Source: a virus
IMG/VR virus record: IMGVR_UViG_3300035670_000069
Span: 32,001 to 96,000 of that record
Strand: one strand, 5' to 3'
Length of the DNA stretch: 64,000 bases
Part shown: one piece after another, positions 57,250-64,000 of the stretch
Numbering within the stretch: position 1 is the stretch's first letter
Layout: every line of letters begins with the position of its first letter
The notes under the pieces: model-generated
The model's database searches: none
Told to the model about the DNA's origin: nothing
Seen by the model: only the letters and a program-made list of their open reading frames with translations
Position numbers and translations under genes: made by a program

Positions 57250-57826
57250 AGAATTAGCAACTGGGATAGTAGTCGTAAATGATATAGGAAACGGCAAAAA
57301 ATATTTAGAAGAAATAGAATCTTATGTTGATAAAAAAATATTATCTTGGGTTCCTCATGATCAAAAAAAGATTGACGAAGATCTTAATCGTAAAGCAATG
57401 AATACAATGTATATTAAAAATATTCGCAGATGGGGTTTTGGCAAAACTCCAACTCCAAGTCAAATCATACATGATTATTTTTTTGATAGATTTGAAAGAG
57501 ATTTTCATGAAGCCTATGAGAAATATACCCAAGATTTTCATGTTCCATATAGCCAAAAAGAGGACTACGAAATATTAAAATATGGACCAGGAAACTTTTT
57601 TATAGATCATATAGATGATGGACTATTTATGACAAGAAGGGTTTCTGTTGTATATTATTTTAATGATGACTATAAAGGGGGAGAAATAATTTTTCCAAGA
57701 TTTGATTTAGAAATTAAACCGAAAGCAAACCAACTTTTGCTTTTCCCAGCAAACTATATATATAATCATAATGTAAACGAAGTTACGGAAGGCACCAGAT
57801 ATTCTATGGTGAATTGGTTAAAATAA
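57239..57826 (+). CDS. 2OG-Fe(II) oxygenase, P4H-like
   Basis: HIDD, SVVYYFNDDYKGGEI.F, HNVNEVTEGTRYS. Confidence 0.88.
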   Translation: MDYKELATGIVVVNDIGNGKKYLEEIESYVDKKILSWVPHDQKKIDEDLNRKAMNTMYIKNIRRWGFGKTPTPSQIIHDYFFDRFERDFHEAYEKYTQDFHVPYSQKEDYEILKYGPGNFFIDHIDDGLFMTRRVSVVYYFNDDYKGGEIIFPRFDLEIKPKANQLLLFPANYIYNHNVNEVTEGTRYSMVNWLK

Positions 57827-57984
57827 TGAGAGAGATACTGTTATCAATAATTACTGGTTTTGGCTGTGGCGTAATATTTGCAGCGTTTAAACTACCAGTT
57901 CCAGCACCACCAGTGTTTGCTGGAGTTGCTGGTATAATAGGGTTATGGCTTGGTTATGATGTCATAACTAGAGTCATATCCTAG
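57826..57984 (+). CDS. DUF1427/XapX-like small membrane protein (absent from ORF track)
   Basis: 52 aa MREILLSIITGFGCGVIFAAFKLPVPAPPVFAGVAGIIGLWLGY; PxPAPP signature. Confidence 0.75.
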   Translation: MREILLSIITGFGCGVIFAAFKLPVPAPPVFAGVAGIIGLWLGYDVITRVIS

Positions 57985-57992
57985 GAGGAAAA

Positions 57993-58286
57993 ATGAATAT
58001 GTTAAAAGAAGAACACAAGAAAATGATTGCGTCTTATGGACGATCTGTTCTTGCTGGTGTTGCAGCGCTTTATGTTGCTGGTGTCACTGATCCAAAAGAA
58101 CTTTGGGCAGCACTTGTAGCAGCGATTGCCCCAGTAGCATTAAGAGCGTTGAATCCAAATGATCCAGCGTTTGGCCGTCTTCCTGCAGCAAAGGCTGTAG
58201 AAGAGGCAATGAAGGCAGTTAAGAAGCCAGTAAAGAAGGTTGCAAAGAAATCTTCTGGTGGTGGATCTAACCACAATATGGCTTAG
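57993..58286 (+). CDS. holin-like membrane protein
   Basis: SYGRS, two hydrophobic helices, LRALNPND.AFG, basic tail. Confidence 0.55.
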   Translation: MNMLKEEHKKMIASYGRSVLAGVAALYVAGVTDPKELWAALVAAIAPVALRALNPNDPAFGRLPAAKAVEEAMKAVKKPVKKVAKKSSGGGSNHNMA

Positions 58287-58304
58287 TTCATGCTATAAGA
58301 ATTT

Positions 58305-58331
58305 GGGGGCCGAAAGGCCCCCTTATTTTTT
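58305..58331. terminator. intrinsic terminator between convergent genes
   Basis: gggggcc-gaaa-ggccccc followed by ttatttttt. Confidence 0.85.
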
Positions 58332-59001
58332 AATCTTGTAAATGCGGTGGCCTTAAAAAATATTTAAATTTTGGTTCATAAGGGAAATCTATAGAGTCAA
58401 GCCTATGCTGTCTTTCTTCTTCTGTTATCTCACATCCAAAAAAAACTATAGTATATCTAGTATTGCCACCAGTTTTTGAATGTATTTTATGTTGATATGA
58501 ATAAGCAGAAGGGAAAATTATAAATTGTCCTGCTTTGGGTTTATACTTAATTCCAAAATGCACAAACTCTAACTCTCCTCCTTCATAATCATCATTTGGA
58601 TAATGAACAAAAGAAACAGTCCTTGGCGTTCCATAAGAATCGTCAGGATGCATAGAAAAGAATTCACCATCTTCAAATTTTGTAACTCTATATGCTTCCC
58701 TAGTAATTGGGGCTATGTCCCACATTTGACAATACGAATCTACAATTTCCTCAAAAGCCTCACACATATCATCATTTTCATAAATCCATGTTGTGCTTGC
58801 CTTTTTCCCAATCTCTTCATCGTAATAATCTTCTCTTTCAAATTTCCCAGAATCTTCAAGTTTTTTCATGAGATCCATTGCACCTGAAAAAACATTGTCA
58901 TATACATGTATTGCTGGGCCAAGTTCTGTAAATTTAAACTCGTTACCCTTCCTGCTTCTGGTTATGCGATTTTCTTTTAATGATAATTTTTCTTTATCCA
59001 T
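58330..59001 (-). CDS. 2OG-Fe(II) oxygenase, P4H-like
   Basis: HPDD, YPNDDYEGGELEF, HKI...RYT; start ATG 59001 with SD aaggag. Confidence 0.85.
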   Translation of the reverse strand: MDKEKLSLKENRITRSRKGNEFKFTELGPAIHVYDNVFSGAMDLMKKLEDSGKFEREDYYDEEIGKKASTTWIYENDDMCEAFEEIVDSYCQMWDIAPITREAYRVTKFEDGEFFSMHPDDSYGTPRTVSFVHYPNDDYEGGELEFVHFGIKYKPKAGQFIIFPSAYSYQHKIHSKTGGNTRYTIVFFGCEITEEERQHRLDSIDFPYEPKFKYFLRPPHLQD

Positions 59002-59021
59002 ATTTCTCCTTAGACTATACA

Positions 59022-59044
59022 ATTATACCACCTTGTGGTATACT
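59022..59044. promoter_or_regulatory. back-to-back divergent extended -10 elements
   Basis: TGgTATAAT on - (59022-59030) and TGgTATACT on + (59036-59044). Confidence 0.7.
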
Positions 59045-59050
59045 TATATT

Positions 59051-59102
59051 ATACCTGCCCAAAGGGGGGTATAAACTGAACTCGCTTAACAAGGAGGAAA
59101 TA
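59051..59102 (+). promoter_or_regulatory. ROSE-like RNA thermometer in hsp20 leader
   Basis: 5' hairpin, then ctc(g)ctt-aac-aaggag pairing the SD with a bulged G (UCGCU motif). Confidence 0.65.
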
Positions 59103-59519
59103 ATGGTAAGTTCATTTAGTCTGGATCTATTTAAGGATCCATTTTTTATTGGTTTCAACAAAGAGTTGGACCGTCTTTCAAACATCCATCGTGAGGCAAC
59201 TCGTCAATCCTATCCACCATATGATGTGGTAAGAATTGATGAAGATACTTATAGATTATCTTTGGCTATTGCTGGCTTTAATAAAGATGAGATTGAGGTA
59301 TCTGTTGAAAACGGAAGTCTAATTATCAAGGGCGAAAAGGCTGAAGAAGAATTAGACTATCTTCATAAAGGCATTGCAACCAGAAAGTTCACAAGAACAT
59401 TTGCTCTTGGAGAACACATGGAAGTAGATCGTGCTGAGGCTGAAGATGGAATTCTGCATGTTGTTATTTTACGCAACATCCCAGAAGAAAAGAAACCAAA
59501 AACAATCAAAATAAAATAA
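59103..59519 (+). CDS. small heat shock protein Hsp20 (IbpA-like)
   Basis: YPPYDV, LAIAGF, YLHKGIATRKFTRTF.L, DGIL; start ATG 59103. Confidence 0.93.
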   Translation: MVSSFSLDLFKDPFFIGFNKELDRLSNIHREATRQSYPPYDVVRIDEDTYRLSLAIAGFNKDEIEVSVENGSLIIKGEKAEEELDYLHKGIATRKFTRTFALGEHMEVDRAEAEDGILHVVILRNIPEEKKPKTIKIK

Positions 59520-59521
59520 AC

Positions 59522-59530
59522 TGATATGAT
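59522..59530 (+). promoter_or_regulatory. extended -10 TGaTATGAT
   Basis: ends about 8 nt before the structured element. Confidence 0.5.
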
Positions 59531-59537
59531 ATAGTCA

Positions 59538-59617
59538 GGTCCCCTGCAGGACCTTGGGATGATTAGTTACCATCTTATTAACCTGGGCCTTCGTGCCTGA
59601 ATTTCCTGCGGGGGATT
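59538..59617 (+). ncRNA. candidate structured small RNA (three-way junction)
   Basis: 13-bp closing stem gtcccctgcagga/tcctgcgggggat enclosing two hairpins; G-U pairs favour + strand. Confidence 0.5.
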
Positions 59618-59621
59618 TATA

Positions 59622-59918
59622 ATGTCCAGTATAATTATCCTATCTATGACAGACAAAGAACTTCATAGGCAAAAGCAGGCTTATAAACAAAGACTGACAG
59701 AAATAAAACAGTCTAGTGGATGTGTAGACTGCGGAGAAAATAATCCAATAGTATTAGACTTTGATCATCTTAAAGATAAAAAATACAATGTATCCAGAAT
59801 GATTCACGATGGTTTTTCCTGGAAATCAATTAAAAAAGAAATAGCAAAGTGCGAGGTTGTATGTGCTAATTGCCACAGGATAAGAACTCATAACAGGTTT
59901 ATTGAAAATGCTAGTTAG
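59622..59918 (+). CDS. HNH endonuclease
   Basis: CVDCG...LDFDH...CEVVCANCHR; start may be ATG 59646. Confidence 0.85.
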   Translation: MSSIIILSMTDKELHRQKQAYKQRLTEIKQSSGCVDCGENNPIVLDFDHLKDKKYNVSRMIHDGFSWKSIKKEIAKCEVVCANCHRIRTHNRFIENAS

Positions 59919-60094
59919 ATATTTTTAATGTGGTTGATTATGGCATCTGATAAATTTTTATCAAAATGGTGATGGCCAGTTGCTAATTTTTCTAATTGTG
60001 GTTGCAAAGAAAGTACTATCTTTTCTTTAGTGGCCTGCATAATTTGATGAGTCAGTATTTCTGCTTTTTGTTCTGTAGTTAATGATTCTTCCAT
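59915..60094 (-). CDS. 59-aa hypothetical protein (absent from ORF track), leaderless
   Basis: MEESLTTEQKAEILTHQIMQATKEKIV...; TGgTAAAAT 6 nt upstream on - strand. Confidence 0.6.
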   Translation of the reverse strand: MEESLTTEQKAEILTHQIMQATKEKIVLSLQPQLEKLATGHHHFDKNLSDAIINHIKNI

Positions 60095-60100
60095 ACCTTA

Positions 60101-60125
60101 ATTTTACCATAACATATGATATACT
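60101..60125. promoter_or_regulatory. second divergent extended -10 pair
   Basis: TGgTAAAAT on - (60101-60109) and TGaTATACT on + (60117-60125), each 6 nt from an ATG. Confidence 0.7.
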
Positions 60126-60131
60126 ATTTCT

Positions 60132-61217
60132 ATGCCATATCATGTAGGTGCTAAAGGGTCATACGGGTGTTCTGGATACCCTGCCTTAAAAGACACAGGA
60201 GAGGTTATGGGGTGCCATAAGACTCGCCGTGAGGCAGCAGCACAGATCTATGCTATAAACCGCTCTGAGGGCAATATAGGCAAGGCTATGGTCAAAGAGG
60301 GCGATATGGTGATGGCCCCACACGAAGAAGAAATGTATGTTGGCCGTGTAGTTCATGTAATGACAGAAGGTATGCTTGGAATGCCAGGATCAGAATATAG
60401 TATTGAGGCTACTTCAACAGAGCCTGCTATACTTATCCAACTGTTTGAAATGGAAGAAGGCGGTCTTGAAGAGACTGAATATTTCGTTGGAGCAAAAGCA
60501 TCGGAGGTAATGGTAATGCCATCATTAGAAGAAAACGTAGGCATGGATAAAGCATACGAAGGATGCGGATGTCCAATGTGTAAAGAATTAGATGTAACTT
60601 GTGACCAATGCCCACAATGTCAGTCTGGAGATATGAAATCGGATTGTTGTGGTAGTGTTGAAAAGAAATCGCCATGTTGGGAAGGATATGTACAGCGTGG
60701 AATGAAGCCAGGTAAAAATGGTAGCATGGTTCCTAATTGTGTCCCTGTTAAAAAAGCAGATGATCTTTGGGAAGATGATGATACAGTTGTTTACGAAACA
60801 GAATCGATGTTAAAGGCTGAAGGATATTCTCCACCAGCAGGTGCTCGTGCAGCAGCACGTAAAGCGATTAGATTTAAAGAACAAGGTAAGGCAAAAGGTG
60901 CGGGTACATCAGTAGGATGGACTCGTGCAGGACAGTTAGCAAGAGGAGAATCACTTTCTCTAAGCACTGTTAAAAGAATGTACTCTTATTTTTCTCGTCA
61001 CGAGGTTGATAAAAAGGGGAAGGATTGGGCTAATCAATCAAATCCGTCTAATGGGTACATAATGTGGTTAGCATGGGGTGGGGATGCTGGCTATTCTTGG
61101 TCACGTCGTATCGTGAATGCAGAAAAAGATAAGGCATTGTTTGCTGATACCTTTAATACAATAGAAAAACAAAGCAAGAAAATTCGTGGTAGCGGTAATG
61201 TCTTCTGGCAAATATAA
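60132..61217 (+). CDS. modular protein, probably head-associated
   Basis: GCH.T...A.AQ module, Cys-rich module, PCWEGY..GMK..VPNCVP module, VKRMYSYFSRH...WLAWGGDAG module. Confidence 0.6.
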   Translation: MPYHVGAKGSYGCSGYPALKDTGEVMGCHKTRREAAAQIYAINRSEGNIGKAMVKEGDMVMAPHEEEMYVGRVVHVMTEGMLGMPGSEYSIEATSTEPAILIQLFEMEEGGLEETEYFVGAKASEVMVMPSLEENVGMDKAYEGCGCPMCKELDVTCDQCPQCQSGDMKSDCCGSVEKKSPCWEGYVQRGMKPGKNGSMVPNCVPVKKADDLWEDDDTVVYETESMLKAEGYSPPAGARAAARKAIRFKEQGKAKGAGTSVGWTRAGQLARGESLSLSTVKRMYSYFSRHEVDKKGKDWANQSNPSNGYIMWLAWGGDAGYSWSRRIVNAEKDKALFADTFNTIEKQSKKIRGSGNVFWQI

Positions 61218-61338
61218 AAGACACGATAAGTTTAACCCAATTCAAATTAAAGATGGAATGGTTGTTCGTCTAAGAAAAGATGGAACTATAAAAGCAATAC
61301 TTGGTAAATATGGAGAATACAAAAAAAATACTAAATAA
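61198..61338 (+). CDS. 46-aa basic protein (absent from ORF track)
   Basis: MSSGKYKRHDKFNPIQIKDGMVVRLRKDGTIKAILGKYGEYKKNTK; fills the gap before the convergent gene. Confidence 0.55.
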   Translation: MSSGKYKRHDKFNPIQIKDGMVVRLRKDGTIKAILGKYGEYKKNTK

Positions 61339-62110
61339 TTTTAGAAATTTTGCCATCAATTACTATACAGCAATTTCCAGGTAATCTTTCATTGTTTTTA
61401 ACAAAATCATATAAATACTTTAATGTTCCCCTAAACACAGATTGTGGATGACCATAATCTTCTGAAGTTAAATTATACATCAAAACGGCCTTTCTGTTTT
61501 CTCCAAATGTTTCCATTGCTTCTTCCATTAATTCAAAAATGTGATCGCTATATGGGCCAGGTAAATCTGGTATAACATTTCTTTCTCTGTTTTTAATTAA
61601 AAAAACCATTGGGTTAACTCTATTTTTTAACTCTTTCCATTCATGGCCTCTGTCCCAACTATCAAAAGACAAAAACCCTTCAAAAGAAAATTTATGCAAA
61701 CATCCAGCAATAGCAACAGCAGAAAGTACAACTGAAGGTCCAGGTGTAGCATATATATTTATATCATTTTTTATTGCTTCTCTTATTAGAAGTTCTCCTG
61801 GATCTGCTATTCCTGGCATTCCCTCATCAGAAACTAAATAAACATCTTCTCCATTTTTTAAAATATTTATAATTTTATCTAAATTTTCTAACTCTAAAGA
61901 TTTTCCTGGCTCTCCAGCCAAAGAGACATATTCGATTGGGATTAATTCTCCAGTTGGATTTGGCGCATTAAATTTTTTTAACTGATCAAATAAAATATCT
62001 ATCTGCTCTACAACTAAATATTTTGCTTTTTGTATAGACTCTATAAAAAATGGCGATGCATCTTTTTTATTTCCGATTGGCCCACCAACTATGTACAAAG
62101 TTCCGCTCAT
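61331..62110 (-). CDS. rsmI: RsmI-like tetrapyrrole-methylase-fold SAM methyltransferase
   Basis: GTLYIVGGPIGN..D, LVSDEGMPGIADPG, PGPS, FSFEGFL. Confidence 0.8.
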   Translation of the reverse strand: MSGTLYIVGGPIGNKKDASPFFIESIQKAKYLVVEQIDILFDQLKKFNAPNPTGELIPIEYVSLAGEPGKSLELENLDKIINILKNGEDVYLVSDEGMPGIADPGELLIREAIKNDINIYATPGPSVVLSAVAIAGCLHKFSFEGFLSFDSWDRGHEWKELKNRVNPMVFLIKNRERNVIPDLPGPYSDHIFELMEEAMETFGENRKAVLMYNLTSEDYGHPQSVFRGTLKYLYDFVKNNERLPGNCCIVIDGKISKII

Positions 62111-62190
62111 TAGTATATATATCCTTTAGGTTTTTTTAATTCTTTTTTAATTTTTCTAATTAAAAGCCACTGTTTTATTTTTTTAATCAT
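62110..62190 (-). CDS. 26-aa basic micro-ORF
   Basis: MIKKIKQWLLIRKIKKELKKPKGYIY; overlaps upstream stop and is TAATG-coupled to rsmI. Confidence 0.5.
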   Translation of the reverse strand: MIKKIKQWLLIRKIKKELKKPKGYIY

Positions 62191-63199
62191 GTTCTATCCA
62201 TCCCCTTTTTACTAATTGGTCATAATATTGTTCTGCCCAATCATTCTGTAATAATCTTCCAGGATGTCTATCTCTAAAACTTATATCATCATGTTTTAGG
62301 GTGAGTCCATTTTTTATAACGTTTTGTGCCAAGTCTGTAGCAGATACTGGCTTTAAATAGAAAAAGGTTTCTGTAAATAAACTTGAACAATGTATATTGA
62401 TTGACTCTATATAATGCCAGGTAGTCCATAATAATTTTGTACCTATTGAATTGCAATACTCTTGAAAAAGCATCATGGCAGTTAGAAAAACTGGAAAATG
62501 AACTCTGTGCATTTGCAGATCAGATTCTTCATAGTTAGTTTTTATTACATTATCTCCATATGGAACTTTTTGATGATATATCCAATCACTTTCCCAAAAC
62601 CTTAGTATATTTGGCATATGAATTACTAATATATCTGGCGCTCCATAATTAACCACGTATTCTCTAAAATTATGTACAATCTTATGCCAGCCACTTCCAC
62701 CCCTACCTAAATTATAATATCCACTAACATTATTTTTTTCTTTAATTTTATTGTATAAGATATGGCTCCAAGTGTCTTCTATGTTTCCCCCAACCCCTTC
62801 TGTGTTTGAACATCCAGAAAAAACAATATGTAGCCCGTCATGGTTTTTAGAAAATTCGTCACATCTAAACCAATCAGAGTTATACTCATATCTAACTTTC
62901 CATGTTTTTCTATCTTCTTCTATATAAGATAACTCAGGAGGAATAAAATCTAAAACATGCTTATTGTTTTCTAATCTATAATTTGTCTCATGCCCCAAGA
63001 TATCTATTATTTCTAAATTTTCTCGTCCCATATAGGCAGCCTCAGCCCACGTTCTATCAAAAGTATAAAATGGCAATGATAAAAAATTTTGATAATTAAT
63101 TATATATGGTGATCTGGAATCTTTAGAATAAACAGAATGTGATTGAGAAATATCATTAAAATTTGATTCACATAGCCTTAAATAATCATCATGCTTCAT
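62183..63199 (-). CDS. SGNH/GDSL-like protein, paralogue of 46531
   Basis: NSDWFRCDEF, FSGCSNTEGVG, NLGRGG, DRHPG. Confidence 0.55.
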   Translation of the reverse strand: MKHDDYLRLCESNFNDISQSHSVYSKDSRSPYIINYQNFLSLPFYTFDRTWAEAAYMGRENLEIIDILGHETNYRLENNKHVLDFIPPELSYIEEDRKTWKVRYEYNSDWFRCDEFSKNHDGLHIVFSGCSNTEGVGGNIEDTWSHILYNKIKEKNNVSGYYNLGRGGSGWHKIVHNFREYVVNYGAPDILVIHMPNILRFWESDWIYHQKVPYGDNVIKTNYEESDLQMHRVHFPVFLTAMMLFQEYCNSIGTKLLWTTWHYIESINIHCSSLFTETFFYLKPVSATDLAQNVIKNGLTLKHDDISFRDRHPGRLLQNDWAEQYYDQLVKRGWIEHD

Positions 63200-63893
63200 T
63201 GTTTTTCCTTATATATATATCATAAAATCCTAAATTATGCAATGCAATTGCATCTACAGACCAATTTTTATTTTTATCTAAAAACTCATTCACTGTTTGA
63301 AAAGTCCCGTATGGCATATCTTCAATTATACCATCATAGATTAGATAATCATTTAAACCTATAATGCCACCAACATCTACTAAATTGGCACAGTGTTTTA
63401 TACATTCCCTGGTTTGATATCTATCATTGCTAATATCAATATATATAAAGTCATATTTTTTATTTAAAGATGGAAGGATATCTAATGCGTCACCTTTGAC
63501 GGTGTTTACGTTTTTTCTATCTTTAAATAAATCAATTATATATTTTTCATGAGTTTCTGGTGTATATAAAAGTTCATGCTTAAAGCCTTCACACTGACAA
63601 CTGCCAAATTTTCTCCAAGACCAACATTTTAAATCTTGATTGTATAAGTCTAATAAGTCTGCCGATGAAGCATCAGATTCTTCTATAAACATTTTTGCCG
63701 AATAGCCCCAAGCAACTCCTACCTCTAAATACTTAATTCCCCTTTTTAGACTTTTAGCATATTCTTCTCTAGAACTAAAAAGTTTTGCACCCAATAATTG
63801 GTTTTGAGATATTTTTGGGCTATCCTCTATTTGATCATTATTGATAATTTTAATTTCGTTTTCATTAAATGGAGGAACTGGTTTTTTAGGCAT
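63189..63893 (-). CDS. class I SAM methyltransferase (Methyltransf_24-like)
   Basis: LEVGVAWGYSA, KGDA, YDFIYID, GGIIGLNDY. Confidence 0.85.
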   Translation of the reverse strand: MPKKPVPPFNENEIKIINNDQIEDSPKISQNQLLGAKLFSSREEYAKSLKRGIKYLEVGVAWGYSAKMFIEESDASSADLLDLYNQDLKCWSWRKFGSCQCEGFKHELLYTPETHEKYIIDLFKDRKNVNTVKGDALDILPSLNKKYDFIYIDISNDRYQTRECIKHCANLVDVGGIIGLNDYLIYDGIIEDMPYGTFQTVNEFLDKNKNWSVDAIALHNLGFYDIYIRKNNEA

Positions 63894-64000
63894 TTATGTA
63901 TTCCTTAAAATTAAATCACGACAGGATAAATATTTTGAATGCAAATCTTTAAAAATACTAAAAGAGTTTACCATTTCTTTTGCTTCATAATATACATCTG
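63894..64000 (-). CDS. 3' end of a truncated CDS
   Basis: open frame ...DVYYEAKEMVNSFSIFKDLHSKYLSCRDLILRNT-stop abutting the next ATG. Confidence 0.5.
   Translation of the reverse strand, partial: DVYYEAKEMVNSFSIFKDLHSKYLSCRDLILRNT

Noticed and set aside
502-58276. Many short minus-strand or alternative-frame ORFs in the track (e.g. 1816-2157, 20676-21140, 33327-33800)
   Set aside because: They lie inside well-supported + strand genes, lack motifs and look like antisense shadows.
58980-59102. N-terminal extensions of Hsp20 and of the 58330 oxygenase given by the track
   Set aside because: The region holds divergent promoters and SDs that place the starts at 59103 and 59001.
59538-59617. 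tRNA, SRP RNA or known self-cleaving ribozyme
   Set aside because: No cloverleaf/T-loop, no SRP GGAA-loop core, no hammerhead CUGANGA/GAAA core; kept only as an unknown ncRNA candidate.
1-64000. Alternative genetic code, integrase/att site, transposon, retron or DGR
   Set aside because: Genes read through in the standard code with all three stops; no integrase, transposase or reverse transcriptase motifs seen in this window.

Overview
This window is 64 kb of an AT-rich, gene-dense dsDNA tailed phage genome, almost all on the + strand. The host is inferred to be a low-GC, probably freshwater, actinobacterium (whiB, DnaE-type polymerase, FmdB-type and MSMEG_6728-type genes, Nanopelagicales-like secreted proteins). 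Gene order: tail module (chaperone, 2353-aa tape measure, tail proteins); replication/recombination block (DnaB, primase, SSB, DnaE, MazG-like, RecA, Hjc-like, Cas4-like, RuvC-like), interrupted by five tandem 2OG-Fe(II) oxygenase paralogues; terminase; envelope/lysis cluster; four tRNAs; then a long accessory region. The most striking feature is a large modification toolkit: about ten 2OG-Fe(II) oxygenases, a GT60/Gnt1-like glycosyltransferase beside two prolyl-4-hydroxylase-like genes, a carbamoyltransferase, an Asp/Asn beta-hydroxylase, three GT61-like paralogues around a HAD-nucleotidyltransferase fusion and a GDPD-like gene, two SGNH-like proteins, a class I methyltransferase and an RsmI-like methyltransferase. 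Non-coding signals include many sigmaA-type promoters overlapping coding sequence and stop codons, many probable leaderless genes, a ROSE-like thermometer before hsp20, and a promoter-driven candidate three-way-junction ncRNA. All family calls come from reading motifs by eye; no searches were run.
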